IMG/VR virus record: IMGVR_UViG_3300012200_000009
Location: 1-44,919 of that record
Source: a virus
Taxonomy: Duplodnaviria; Caudoviricetes
Strand: one strand, 5' to 3'
DNA length: 44,919 nt
Below the pieces are notes generated by a model, which had not been told where the DNA came from, searched no databases, and saw nothing but the letters and a program-made list of their open reading frames with translations. The position numbers were made by a program, and so were the translations under genes. This document shows positions 34,608 to 44,766 of the stretch, piece after piece. Position 1 is the stretch's first letter, and each line of letters begins with the position of its first letter.

Positions 34608-37600
34608 TTATGATGGGTAAAGTACGTCCCCAGGGAATAATGTGCTTGATGGATAGAGTGGCACTGCAATCGCCACGCCGATATTGATGCTTTGGGCAAT
34701 GCCGAGTCCTGGGCTGATGATGTTGCCAAAGAAATCTGTCCAGTTCGTGTCGTATGGCCCCACGACCGCCGTCACCGTATACCACAGGTTGAAGCCATCC
34801 TGTTGATCTGAGAACGCTACTTCGTCTACCAGCATCTGCGTGCCTGAGAAGCCAAACGGCGCGTAGCTGACGGTGATCAATTGCCCTGGGGCAAAGCCTG
34901 TCTGCAAGGTTGCCCACGTAAAGAGCAAGCCTTGTGTACAGTAGCGCGTCAAGCCTTGCCCAACGACGCTCTGGCCTTGCGCGAATGAGTTGATGGTGGG
35001 GTCGGTAATCACCGCTTCCACAATGCCCGATGTGCCATCAATCCCCGCCATGTACAGCACTTGATCAACATGCTGATTGTTGAAGACGGCCGAGGACTGC
35101 CCCGCGTAGATCATATGTAGCCTATCAGTACTCACCAGGATGGTTTGTGAGGGGTCTTGTGCGATCACCGGGTCATTGGGCGCCCAATAATACTGTGCTC
35201 CGACGGTGCCTTTGATCGCAATGCTCTTGGCAACACTATTGAGCGTGAAGGTGGTGGGCGCTGCATTCAAGGGATAGGAAAAGGTAAATGCGCGGGTTTG
35301 GCCGTCACCTTGCCGTGTCTCATCCCACGGCCCATTCTCCTGGAAGCCGCCGACGGCGTACTGCGTATTCCTGTACTTGGGGTTGGCGCGTGTCACCGAT
35401 GGCGCCACACCGGAGCGTTTCCCGTCACTGTCAATCGTCGTGCCATCCACCGTTGGGCCTGTAATCGCCGTGTAGGGTACGAACCACAACACCTGATTTT
35501 GGTCGATCACCCAGTAGAACGGGATGCCATTGCCCGATGCTGCTGCGACCAGCGCATCCAGGGCCGTGGCTACGGTGCAATAGCCAAAGTTGGCAATCGG
35601 TATGGTGAGCCCCGCATCGATCTCGCCGACTGTCACACCCTCAGCAGCTAGGATGTTGGTGACGATATCCTGCACGATGAAACCAGTCGTCTTGTTGCGA
35701 TAGAGATTGGCCACGATGCGCTTGTCCGCGAGATAATGCTGATCGGTTGCCGTGAAGCTCGTCAGCAGCATCGGTGAAAAGCCGGGCTTTGTCTCTACTG
35801 GACTGGTGATGTAACCAGAGTAGACGAGGTTGCTCAACTGATCGAAGAGCGCCATTTGCTGATACTGCTGGTAGTGGTTCGCACCGAGTGCATCGTACAC
35901 GGAACACGATAGTTCGCCGCGCCGCCCGACCTTTGATTTGCCTTGCAGCGAGCCACTCACCATATTCACCGGCGTATTGCTAATCGTAAGGCCGGTATTC
36001 GAGGTTGGTGGTGGCGGCGGCGGCGGGGCTACAGCCGTGGGACTGTAGCCAGGAGTCGCTACAGATGCCGTTGACGACCCCATGAAGGTGACGGTATCGG
36101 TTGAAAGGTCATTCAACTGGATTTGCGCCGCCGCTGGCCCCGTATTGGTCAGCACCTTCACCTTTATTTCGATATACAGCTTATCCCCAGTACCAAAGGT
36201 TGTCACGCCTCCCGACGTACCAGTTGGCGCAAAGTTGACCTTGGTGGTGAGAATGGTTTGGCCTGCCAACACACAATCGACGATCTGGGTGTTGTAGCCT
36301 GTGGCCGCATTCCAGAGCCATAGGCGCACATGGATATCGGCGGTAATGGAGACCGCGCCTGCGCCGATCATGTTGAGACGCACGGAACATGTATACGTGC
36401 CTGGTTGCAGGTCGTTACCTTCCAGCGCCTTTGCACCATACAGGAAGCCAAAGCCCGACGGCCCGCCAATAGTGGTAGAAGCAGCCCAGGCTGCCGTGGT
36501 ACCCTGAGCGACGAGCTCGCCCCAGTTGAGTGCTGTACCAAGCGTCGATGCTGTGTTCACGTCAACTGGCGTGCCAGGGATGGTATAGACCTGATTAGCC
36601 GTCGGCGTGACGAGTGATGCAGCATTGGCAAAGTAGGCGGTAAGCGGCGTCACTCCTGGCGGTGGCGGTGGCGTCACGTCTGAGACGGTCAAAACGACCG
36701 ACGTGGTATCACTCTGCCCGCCTGCCGTCCAGGTCACACTGCCGGTATAGGTGCCTGCTGTCAGTCCTGAGATATTGACACTGATGGTTGAGTTCGCGGT
36801 GCCTCCTGCCGCCACGCTGCCAGATGTGGGTGACACACTCATCCAGGCGGCACTGTCCACAACGGTATAGGATGCTGATGACCCCGCCGTATTGGAGAGC
36901 GTCACCGTCTGATTGGCCGGGTTAGCGCCCCCTGTAGTGGCACTAAATGAGAGTGAGTTCGGGCTGGCGCTGAACGTTGCACCAGTCCCGCTACCCCATG
37001 TCGGATACGTCGCAGCGTAGGTCTTGAGGCCGTTATAGGCAGCCGTTTTGTGAGGACTGGCAAGCGTGCCTTGCACCAAACTCATGCCATCACGGTAGTT
37101 TGGTGCCGTATAGCCAGCGTAGTAGCCAAGTGTGAAACGAAACCATTTGGAGACGACGTTACTGGTACGTAAACTGTCGAGCACGGCATTGTCATACTGC
37201 CATGCTAGCGCCTCGCTGTTGTTACAGGCGGGAGCGCGGCCAGGATTGGCATTGACCTGGTAGCCCGCCTCTGTCAACCAGATAGGCACGGTCTGACTAT
37301 ACTGTGTGCGTTTGGCGTCGATCAATTGCCATGCATGCTTGATCGACGGGAGGCCGTTACCACCATTCCACGATGGGAGATCAACGGTTGGATCCATTGA
37401 GACAGGCACGCCGCCACTCGTAGGCAGGCATCCGTAGTAATGGAAGTTGATGTAATCGCCCTGGAAGACGCTCGAAATATAGGGCCCTGTTGCGGGATTG
37501 AGCAGGGTATCAAAGAACGCCGTATAGCCTGCGGTGTTGCGTTGGAGCTTACAGGCCACGCCTACGGTGATCGCGCTTGAGACGGCTTTGATGGCAGGGT

Positions 37601-38063
37601 AGACTGCCTTCATGGTCAGCGCTAATGATTGTACGAGTGGCACTGGTATGCTGGTGGTATCCGCCCCACTATTGTAGTCCTCGTTGCCGACCTCGATACC
37701 GTTCACGGTACCGTGTGCGCCGCCGTTGTAGCGTGTAGCGATCTGGCTGGCAAAGGTTGCTGTGTAGGACGGGTTTAACGGGTTGCCCCCTGGCCCTTGA
37801 AACTGAGAGGGCGCGAACATGATACTAAGCAATATATTGATGCCCGCCGCGTTACATTGCGAAACGGCACTGTCATATGCGCCCCATGAGTAGGTGGCTG
37901 CGTTCTGGTTCGTGGTACCCGTTGCGTCGATCAAGCTCCATCTGACCTGGTAGCGTAGCCAGGTGACGCCGAGATCAAGCATATCGGTGATGGCCTGACT
38001 GTTGAGCGCACCGGAGGCCGATGAGTTGCCAATGGTGACGCCGTAGACGTTGGTAAATGTCAT
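34608..38063 (-). CDS. tail tip/hub protein with clan GH-A glycoside hydrolase and BACON-like domains
   Basis: IEVGNE and PIWLTEAGY catalytic-type motifs, WMSVSPTSG Ig-like segment, hub-like C-terminus; follows the tape measure gene. Confidence 0.75.
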   Translation of the reverse strand: MTFTNVYGVTIGNSSASGALNSQAITDMLDLGVTWLRYQVRWSLIDATGTTNQNAATYSWGAYDSAVSQCNAAGINILLSIMFAPSQFQGPGGNPLNPSYTATFASQIATRYNGGAHGTVNGIEVGNEDYNSGADTTSIPVPLVQSLALTMKAVYPAIKAVSSAITVGVACKLQRNTAGYTAFFDTLLNPATGPYISSVFQGDYINFHYYGCLPTSGGVPVSMDPTVDLPSWNGGNGLPSIKHAWQLIDAKRTQYSQTVPIWLTEAGYQVNANPGRAPACNNSEALAWQYDNAVLDSLRTSNVVSKWFRFTLGYYAGYTAPNYRDGMSLVQGTLASPHKTAAYNGLKTYAATYPTWGSGTGATFSASPNSLSFSATTGGANPANQTVTLSNTAGSSASYTVVDSAAWMSVSPTSGSVAAGGTANSTISVNISGLTAGTYTGSVTWTAGGQSDTTSVVLTVSDVTPPPPPGVTPLTAYFANAASLVTPTANQVYTIPGTPVDVNTASTLGTALNWGELVAQGTTAAWAASTTIGGPSGFGFLYGAKALEGNDLQPGTYTCSVRLNMIGAGAVSITADIHVRLWLWNAATGYNTQIVDCVLAGQTILTTKVNFAPTGTSGGVTTFGTGDKLYIEIKVKVLTNTGPAAAQIQLNDLSTDTVTFMGSSTASVATPGYSPTAVAPPPPPPPTSNTGLTISNTPVNMVSGSLQGKSKVGRRGELSCSVYDALGANHYQQYQQMALFDQLSNLVYSGYITSPVETKPGFSPMLLTSFTATDQHYLADKRIVANLYRNKTTGFIVQDIVTNILAAEGVTVGEIDAGLTIPIANFGYCTVATALDALVAAASGNGIPFYWVIDQNQVLWFVPYTAITGPTVDGTTIDSDGKRSGVAPSVTRANPKYRNTQYAVGGFQENGPWDETRQGDGQTRAFTFSYPLNAAPTTFTLNSVAKSIAIKGTVGAQYYWAPNDPVIAQDPSQTILVSTDRLHMIYAGQSSAVFNNQHVDQVLYMAGIDGTSGIVEAVITDPTINSFAQGQSVVGQGLTRYCTQGLLFTWATLQTGFAPGQLITVSYAPFGFSGTQMLVDEVAFSDQQDGFNLWYTVTAVVGPYDTNWTDFFGNIISPGLGIAQSINIGVAIAVPLYPSSTLFPGDVLYPS

Positions 38064-40075
38064 CGGCCAAACCCCCCAGTATTGTACCTGATGGCTGCCG
38101 CGATATGTGGCATCAACCCGCGTGAGAGGCGCACACCATCGAGATACGTGTCCTGTGGTGGCACATTGACAACTACCGTGATCGGGCCGCCCGAACTGCG
38201 TGGAGCCATGGAGAGCGGAGTCAGCACAAGGTTGAGGCTTGATTGCAATTTCGGCATGCCCGATACCATGCCTTGCCCGATCTGCTCCGATATCTTTGAG
38301 CCTTGCGTTGCGAGGTCACGGAGTGGCCCTATCTTAGCAGGCGATGATGGAAGATGATCGTGGATGAAGGAGCCAACGGCATTCATGGCGCCACCGATGG
38401 CATTGCCGATATTGCCGATGATACCGCTTGCCAGATTGGAAATGATGTTTGCGCCCCACTGGATAGCCCGATGTGCCAAACCGCCGAAGAAGTCATGGAT
38501 GATGGTGCCAAGAGCGGAAAACTCACCGCCGAGCATGCCTTTGAATCCATGCACCATCGTGCCGATGCCGTCAAACACCCCGCCTAGCATCTTCTTCATG
38601 TCCTCCCAAACGGCTTTCCAATCTCCCCGCAAGAAATCCAACCCGATCTTGATAATACCCGAAACGAGCGCCCACGCTACCTTGACGATGCCAGAGATAA
38701 CGTCCCATGCCCCTTTCAGAATAGGCCCAAGCATCCCCCAAATTTGTGACCAATGATCTCTTATAAAGGTGAGATCAATCACAATGACCTCAGCCAGAAA
38801 CTTGATAACGGGTACGATTTTCTCCATGATGAACTGCCCGAACTTTTGTAAGATCGGGCTGCCTTCTGTCACGAACCAGTTCCCCATCTGCTGCAAGACG
38901 GGTAACACCTTTGTCTGTATGACGCTCCATATGATTTGCAGACCGGGGATAAAGTTTGCCTGGATGACGCTCCATGCCTGTTTGAGCCCCACTATCAGAT
39001 TGTCGATAAACGCCTTGAAGCCTGCATTGGTCTGGTAGAAGTGCATGAAGATCGCGGTGACGCCTGCGATAGCCGCGCCAATCGCCAGGAACGGCCACGT
39101 CGCTGCAATCACCCCGGCAGCCAGTGACCAGACGGCAGCTATGAGACCCCCCAGGAGGACGGCGCCGATGCCTGTCAGGATAGGAATGAGGATATTGGCG
39201 TGTGCGTTGAAGGTGGCAATCACATCAGAGACGGCATGACCGGATGCAACCCATTGGCTGAATGCATCAACGATTGGCCCGATTTTCTGCAAGAGCGAGG
39301 TTAAGATAGGCATGAGTGCATCGCCGATGCTCTGCTTGATATCATCCAGGCGCTGTTGTGCGATAGCCAGTTGCCCGCCAAAGGTCTTGCCAGCCGCTTC
39401 AGCGCTCCCGCCAAATTCCTTTTGCAGTTCTTTCAGGATGACGCCTTGCGCACCTGCGACATTGTTTGTATCCATGAGGTGCTTGATCGTGTCTTTTTGC
39501 GTCTGGTTAAAGGTGACGCCCACACGCTGCAAGGCAGAAACGCCCGTTATCGGGTCATTCAAGGCTTTGCCTAATTGAATAGCCGATGATTTGGTATCCT
39601 GGCCTAATGCCTGGCTCATATCGAGCACGGTCTTGGTCGCCTGGGGAAACACGTTCTTGCCGATATTGGTAAAAGTGAGCAGCATATTCTCAGATGCTTG
39701 TACCGTGTCGTCGCTAAACTTGGTGAGGTGTGAGTATTGCGTAGCGAGATCGAGCACCGCATTGGCGGTCACGCCTGCGATACCATGCGTCGATTCTATG
39801 ACTTTGTTGGTTTGTGCAAGTCCAGCCTGAGCATTCATGGACTCGGTAAATATGCCGCCAATCTGCTCTTTGAGGAAGCCCAGGCCCGCAAAGACAGCCT
39901 GCCCACTAGCAAAGGAAAGCGCGTTTTTGAACATGCCGCCAAGACCGCCGCCAGCTTCTTTCGCCTTTTCGCCGGTCTTCTGCGCTTCCTGGCCCACGCC
40001 TTGTAGCTTTGCCTTTGCCTCGGCATCGCCCTCGACGCTGACCTTTGCTACTAATTGCGCGGCGGTGATAGCCAT
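38060..40075 (-). CDS. tail tape measure protein
   Basis: Ala/Gly-rich helical protein with LGKALNDP motif and Trp-spaced repeats; follows the chaperones. Confidence 0.9.
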   Translation of the reverse strand: MAITAAQLVAKVSVEGDAEAKAKLQGVGQEAQKTGEKAKEAGGGLGGMFKNALSFASGQAVFAGLGFLKEQIGGIFTESMNAQAGLAQTNKVIESTHGIAGVTANAVLDLATQYSHLTKFSDDTVQASENMLLTFTNIGKNVFPQATKTVLDMSQALGQDTKSSAIQLGKALNDPITGVSALQRVGVTFNQTQKDTIKHLMDTNNVAGAQGVILKELQKEFGGSAEAAGKTFGGQLAIAQQRLDDIKQSIGDALMPILTSLLQKIGPIVDAFSQWVASGHAVSDVIATFNAHANILIPILTGIGAVLLGGLIAAVWSLAAGVIAATWPFLAIGAAIAGVTAIFMHFYQTNAGFKAFIDNLIVGLKQAWSVIQANFIPGLQIIWSVIQTKVLPVLQQMGNWFVTEGSPILQKFGQFIMEKIVPVIKFLAEVIVIDLTFIRDHWSQIWGMLGPILKGAWDVISGIVKVAWALVSGIIKIGLDFLRGDWKAVWEDMKKMLGGVFDGIGTMVHGFKGMLGGEFSALGTIIHDFFGGLAHRAIQWGANIISNLASGIIGNIGNAIGGAMNAVGSFIHDHLPSSPAKIGPLRDLATQGSKISEQIGQGMVSGMPKLQSSLNLVLTPLSMAPRSSGGPITVVVNVPPQDTYLDGVRLSRGLMPHIAAAIRYNTGGFGR

Positions 40076-40078
40076 GTG

Positions 40079-40315
40079 TTACTTCTTCCTGTTCTGTGCT
40101 TCGATGATATCCTGCGCTTCACTCTCGGCGCTCATGCTCATAAATGCGCGATCTTGCCACCACAGCGATTGGTTCATCAGTTCCCAGGGTGGCACGCCTA
40201 AATACTTCGCAGCCTGGATAACGGCATACCAGTCAGGGTAATACCCCATCTTGCCCTTGGTCGCTATACACCGCCTCAGTGCGCGCCGTTCATCTGAGGC
40301 GTCAGCACTTCCGGG
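40079..40315 (-). CDS. tail assembly chaperone, -1 frameshift extension (gpT-like)
   Basis: -1 frame relative to 40276-40605; AAKYLGVPPWEL segment. Confidence 0.65.
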   Translation of the reverse strand, partial: PGSADASDERRALRRCIATKGKMGYYPDWYAVIQAAKYLGVPPWELMNQSLWWQDRAFMSMSAESEAQDIIEAQNRKK

Positions 40316-40605
40316 CGTAGATCGTTGACAATCGCCATAGCCACCTGCACCTTGAAGCCATACCCGAACTTGTCCATCTCCTCTATGGGCCACATCACGG
40401 TAAAGTCCTCATCCACGTAGATGTCCCAGGACTTGATAAGGTCGATCAAAAGGGTGTTGTCATCGACATTTCCGGCTTGCAAGTCGGCCACGTACTTGTC
40501 GGTCATTTTGTTGGGATAGTAGACAATCGTCACCGGCCCCAGGTTCTCTATCGGGATGGTGACGCTTGCCGTATTGCTTGCAATCTGGTTAAACGTAACT
40601 GGCAT
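40276..40605 (-). CDS. tail assembly chaperone (gpG-like)
   Basis: Located between the major tail and tape measure genes; LIKSWDI motif. Confidence 0.75.
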   Translation of the reverse strand: MPVTFNQIASNTASVTIPIENLGPVTIVYYPNKMTDKYVADLQAGNVDDNTLLIDLIKSWDIYVDEDFTVMWPIEEMDKFGYGFKVQVAMAIVNDLRPEVLTPQMNGAH

Positions 40606-40615
40606 ATGTGCCTTT

Positions 40616-41917
40616 CTATAGTGCTGTAAGTAGCGTGGTGATTAAGAACTTCTGTGCAGCGCCCCACGTCGCATCCTCCACAATCGTGAACTCCCATTGC
40701 TCAGCAAACACGCCGTCCTTGTCTGAGAATGGATTGGGCTTGCTAACCTTGACCGCCATATCATGCTGGAAGATGTTGTACGCCTGTGCGACCGATGCCA
40801 CGGTGGGCGTGCCGCCTGACAGGGCAACGTTCGTCACACCGACTGGCGACATATCCGAGGCGAGCGCGCCTGAGAAGGTGAAGGTGTATGGCCCGCCCGC
40901 ACTGCCTGTCACGGTACAGTTCGTCAAGACCGTCGAAAGTAACTGGAAGGCCGTGTTGACCGTCGCTGAGGTGAGGCCCGCGCTATAGGTGATGTTGGCG
41001 GTAGTCTGCCCCTTATATGAGAGCGTGAATGTTCCACCTGTCGCGCCGCCACCAATCGTCACGGTCTGCAAATTGTCAATAATCGCCCCCTGGCCCTGGA
41101 TGCGCAAGAACTGCGTCGAGCCGGCTTGCAGGTTCGTAAGTGGCGTCATGCCAGTCGCATCAGCCTCCATGAGCAGCTTGATCGTACAGGTTGGGTTGAG
41201 ATCAACGTGTGCCGACCAGCCCAGATTGGCGCGGTTGAATGGAAAGAACATCCCGTACAGATTGCCAAAGGCAAAGTCAACATCGAGCACTTTCAGCAGT
41301 TGGGTGGTGCCGAGTGCGGCACTGGTCGGGTCAAGGTAGTAGTTGAAATGCTTGCCTGCCGACGGCGCCAGCGCAACCGCCGTTGGCGTGCTCGTCATGG
41401 TGATGGCTCGTTGCAACGCCTGGGCCAGCACCTTGCCTGAGATGTTGAAGCCTGTTTTGCGGTCGCCTTTGTAGGCAAACTCGCTAATCAGGCCATAGTT
41501 GACCTTGTGGTTATAGATCGCATTCCCAAAGGCGTTGTTCTCGCCTTGCTCAATGGTGTAGGTTTGTGGCTGCACTGAGCCTGTCAGTGGCGGGACAAAT
41601 GTCCAGTCTTTCGCCGTAGATGAGGAGCCATGCGCGGCAATCGAGGTGGCCGCGCCACACACGCCAGCGAGCGCATAGACGATACCGTTATAGTCAAGTT
41701 CTCCGGTCAGCGTACCCTCAACCCATTCACTATTTTCAATCAGGATGCTAGGATACTTGCGGCCCGTCGCCGAGAACTCGTTCACATCGGCCATAGGGCC
41801 AAAGGTGACGGCAAAGCATTGAATGCTCTTGTTCGCTGCGACGTTCACGCCAGGCGTCGTCTCAAGCCCAAATTGGAGCGTCTGGTTGATCGTACTTCTT
41901 TCGGGTGTCCAGACCAT
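40616..41917 (-). CDS. major tail (tube) protein with an inserted Gly/Thr-rich domain
   Basis: FGLETTPG start; GGTFTLSYKGQTT insert; synteny. Confidence 0.75.
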   Translation of the reverse strand: MVWTPERSTINQTLQFGLETTPGVNVAANKSIQCFAVTFGPMADVNEFSATGRKYPSILIENSEWVEGTLTGELDYNGIVYALAGVCGAATSIAAHGSSSTAKDWTFVPPLTGSVQPQTYTIEQGENNAFGNAIYNHKVNYGLISEFAYKGDRKTGFNISGKVLAQALQRAITMTSTPTAVALAPSAGKHFNYYLDPTSAALGTTQLLKVLDVDFAFGNLYGMFFPFNRANLGWSAHVDLNPTCTIKLLMEADATGMTPLTNLQAGSTQFLRIQGQGAIIDNLQTVTIGGGATGGTFTLSYKGQTTANITYSAGLTSATVNTAFQLLSTVLTNCTVTGSAGGPYTFTFSGALASDMSPVGVTNVALSGGTPTVASVAQAYNIFQHDMAVKVSKPNPFSDKDGVFAEQWEFTIVEDATWGAAQKFLITTLLTAL

Positions 41918-42067
41918 GATTTACACTCCTATCATCCCCTGCCTTGCCAACGAAAACGGCCCGCTTATTCCACGGCTTTCCTGAGAAGATAACCTACCTA
42001 TTCGTAACCGACTAGATAAGCCCTTGCTTCTCAACCTCCCCATTGGCAAGGCACGAGATATAAAAAA

Positions 42068-42487
42068 TTAGCTTCCTTGTAACTCTATATGGTACAGCCC
42101 GCCCAAATGACTCCACTGAGCGCCGTTAATGATTTCTTCATATGCCAGCGATTGCTCGCGATAGCAGCACAATATCCCCCCTGTCCCTAGCCCTACATCA
42201 CGTACACTCTTGAACAAGGCATCAATCCTGTCAGCAATCGTCACCAGCGCAGAGTAGTTATTCGCAGGCCCGATGGCTTTTATTTGTAGCAAGATGCTGA
42301 CAAACAGCCTGACGGCATTCACCGTCAGCACATCGGTGGCGACCTGCTGAGACACGATGGCAAACGGCGCAGTCGTGCCAATCGGCGCGTAGCCCTGGAA
42401 AACGCCACCCGTTGCTGCTGCCATGAGTGCGCTATCGGCCACCATCGTCGTTTTTACCCATTGAAAGGCGCTGTACGTTTCACTCAC
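42068..42487 (-). CDS. tail terminator / completion protein (DUF3168-like)
   Basis: GVFQGYAP.GT..PF motif; synteny. Confidence 0.7.
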   Translation of the reverse strand: MSETYSAFQWVKTTMVADSALMAAATGGVFQGYAPIGTTAPFAIVSQQVATDVLTVNAVRLFVSILLQIKAIGPANNYSALVTIADRIDALFKSVRDVGLGTGGILCCYREQSLAYEEIINGAQWSHLGGLYHIELQGS

Positions 42488-42966
42488 CGGGCAGCCTCCG
42501 CGAGTTTGGCTTCAATGCGTGACAGCGCAGACTCAAAGCCTGCACGTGCATGTTCAACAGCCGGATAGAAATAGGGCTTTGCTGGCATGTACCGCGTGCC
42601 GAACTCAAGATAGATGCCATATTCAGCGCCCACCGCAACGTAGGCCGTTTGCTCGTTTTCAGGTGCCTGCACCGAAGGCAAGAGATAATAGCCATACGGC
42701 GTACTAAAGGATGAGGTCAAGCCTGATAGACTACTGGCCGCTTTCTTCCGCGCCGTTTTCGTGATCCGCGCAGGCTTCACATGACCCTCGCCATAGGTGC
42801 TACCCTCGCTCGTCACGGTATAGATGCTGGCACGCAAGAAGCCCGTATCTACAGGTGCCCGCCTGACCGCTCCTGCTTGCACATCGAAGGCTGTCTTGCG
42901 CACCACCTGACCGAGCACCTGTGGCAAGGCATCAGCGATAGAGCCAAAGTGATTGAAACTTTCCAT
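42484..42966 (-). CDS. HK97 gp10-like neck protein
   Basis: APVDTGFLRASI and YLEFGTRYMPAKPYFYPA motifs. Confidence 0.9.
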   Translation of the reverse strand: MESFNHFGSIADALPQVLGQVVRKTAFDVQAGAVRRAPVDTGFLRASIYTVTSEGSTYGEGHVKPARITKTARKKAASSLSGLTSSFSTPYGYYLLPSVQAPENEQTAYVAVGAEYGIYLEFGTRYMPAKPYFYPAVEHARAGFESALSRIEAKLAEAAR

Positions 42967-43334
42967 TAGTGGATCACTGTCATAATGGCATCATTCGGCA
43001 CGGTGTATGACTCCTGTACCTGGATGGCTTGCACCGTCCAGTTCTCATTTTTGTAGGTCACTTGATCGCCTTCCCTGATGTCCGTCCCTGGCAGATAGCG
43101 CAGCATCATCGCCTGTTGCGCCCCGATGATATCGGCATACAATTGCAGATGCGTCGCCGTCGGGCGAAAGACGTTGCAGGTGATATTGCCCTGACTCACC
43201 AGAGTGACCACATGATGCCCTGAGTCATCGGTAGCCGTTGACGTATCACGATACATCGGTAGACTCTGGTCAAGTGCAGAAGCCACTGTTGCCTGCATGG
43301 TTGCGATTTCAGCCGCCGTCAGCAATCCAGCCAT
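42966..43334 (-). CDS. head closure / head-tail joining protein
   Basis: GTDIREGDQV motif; synteny. Confidence 0.7.
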   Translation of the reverse strand: MAGLLTAAEIATMQATVASALDQSLPMYRDTSTATDDSGHHVVTLVSQGNITCNVFRPTATHLQLYADIIGAQQAMMLRYLPGTDIREGDQVTYKNENWTVQAIQVQESYTVPNDAIMTVIH

Positions 43335-43429
43335 ATGCTATACTTCTCCTTGAGACTTCAAGCGTTGAGGCAGGGTCAACCATGTACGCACGGTCTCTCG
43401 GCACCTGCCTCGCATACGCTACGCTCCTA

Positions 43430-44026
43430 TCAACCCGAACTCATGTAGTCAATTTCTGTAGGGCCAAGTCCCACGCTTGCCATACCCTCAGCTTGCAAAT
43501 CTGATTGTGAGAATGATATGCTGCTTGCCCGTTGCTTGCGCCTGTACGTGGCCGCCAATGTTTGCAGCGCCGTAGCCGCCTGTGAACGCCTGAAGCTCTG
43601 CCCATCGCTTGTGAAGTCGTAGGATAGCACCCACTTCGCGGCCCATCGCTCTAAGAGATCAGCAGAGGCGCGGTAGAGATCGTGCGTTGAGCCAGTGAGA
43701 TACACAGGTGGTCGGGTGTTCTGTGCAAATGTCCAGTGGCCTGTAATTGGCTCGCTTGCTGATGGCGTGACCACGACGTACAGAAATTGCTTGAAGATCG
43801 TGCCATCTTCCCAACTGCCGAGGTCGTGCCAGTAGTCCAGGTATTGAATGGTTCCACTGACAAAGGTCGGCTTTGTGGTGAGCGACTCGTTGACGTAATC
43901 CTGGCGTGAGTCGTCAAGCACATTCTGAATGGTCTGATCGTCAAAGGTTTGAGAGGCGCCCTCAGGGTCATTTATGAGCACGCGGACTCGCTTGATAATC
44001 GCTGCCATTGTGCTACGAACAGCCAT
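43430..44026 (-). CDS. head-tail adaptor protein
   Basis: VRVLIND and DLY.ASA..LE.WA motifs; synteny. Confidence 0.65.
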   Translation of the reverse strand: MAVRSTMAAIIKRVRVLINDPEGASQTFDDQTIQNVLDDSRQDYVNESLTTKPTFVSGTIQYLDYWHDLGSWEDGTIFKQFLYVVVTPSASEPITGHWTFAQNTRPPVYLTGSTHDLYRASADLLERWAAKWVLSYDFTSDGQSFRRSQAATALQTLAATYRRKQRASSISFSQSDLQAEGMASVGLGPTEIDYMSSG

Positions 44027-44063
44027 CGCGAGCGCCTCCTTTCAATATGAACAACCTACAAGA

Positions 44064-44471
44064 CTATGGGCGAGTTAAGCTCAAGTCTCCCTGATAGGTA
44101 ATTGTGGGCGTTGTTGGCGACCCTGTCAGTATTGCCGAAAGGCGTATCTGTGGCGCGGTAATCACGCCTGATACCACTACGGGCTGCACATTAAAGGGAA
44201 TAAAGATTTCGCCCGCCTGGGCAGTCGTGGTCAGTGTGATGATCGGCTCACCCTGGAAGTCAGAGCGCCAGGTGGTCGGCACACCATCCAGGCAGACGTC
44301 AACCGTAAATGTCCATACGCCTGAACCTGACGCCTGGTTTGCCGCCGAGTAAATCACACGGCACCACATCCCACGGCGCGGAGTCCCACCAGGCAGAATT
44401 AAAGCTGCGCCGTTAAACGTGGCGGTTTTTGTGACACTGGCTTGTAAAGCGATAAGGGCATCAACTGGCAT
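44064..44471 (-). CDS. hypothetical head-associated protein
   Basis: Beta-rich ORF downstream of the capsid gene. Confidence 0.55.
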   Translation of the reverse strand: MPVDALIALQASVTKTATFNGAALILPGGTPRRGMWCRVIYSAANQASGSGVWTFTVDVCLDGVPTTWRSDFQGEPIITLTTTAQAGEIFIPFNVQPVVVSGVITAPQIRLSAILTGSPTTPTITYQGDLSLTRP

Positions 44472-44745
44472 TTGCTTCTCCTTCTGCGGCAGGTTCTACC
44501 GGAGTAGCCGCTGCTGCCGCTTCCTCTGCTGCTTTGGCCGCTTCCTCTGCTGCCGCTTGTGCTTTGGCGTCCTCAACCGTCGGGTCAAGGTCATGTGCAT
44601 GTCCCAGGTGCAACACCAGCAAGTCAAGCACGCGGCCAAGTTGCACATCCTGTTGGCCAACGGCGGCGGCGGCGGCTCGTAGTTCGGCAAACTCGTCTGG
44701 GGACATCGTCAGCGCGACCTGCGGAGTCTCATCTTTTCTAGGCAT
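44461..44745 (-). CDS. hypothetical Ala/Glu-rich protein
   Basis: AAAGGA RBS right after the capsid stop. Confidence 0.6.
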   Translation of the reverse strand: MPRKDETPQVALTMSPDEFAELRAAAAAVGQQDVQLGRVLDLLVLHLGHAHDLDPTVEDAKAQAAAEEAAKAAEEAAAAATPVEPAAEGEANAS

Positions 44746-44766
44746 CGTTGTATCCTTTCTGGCCTT

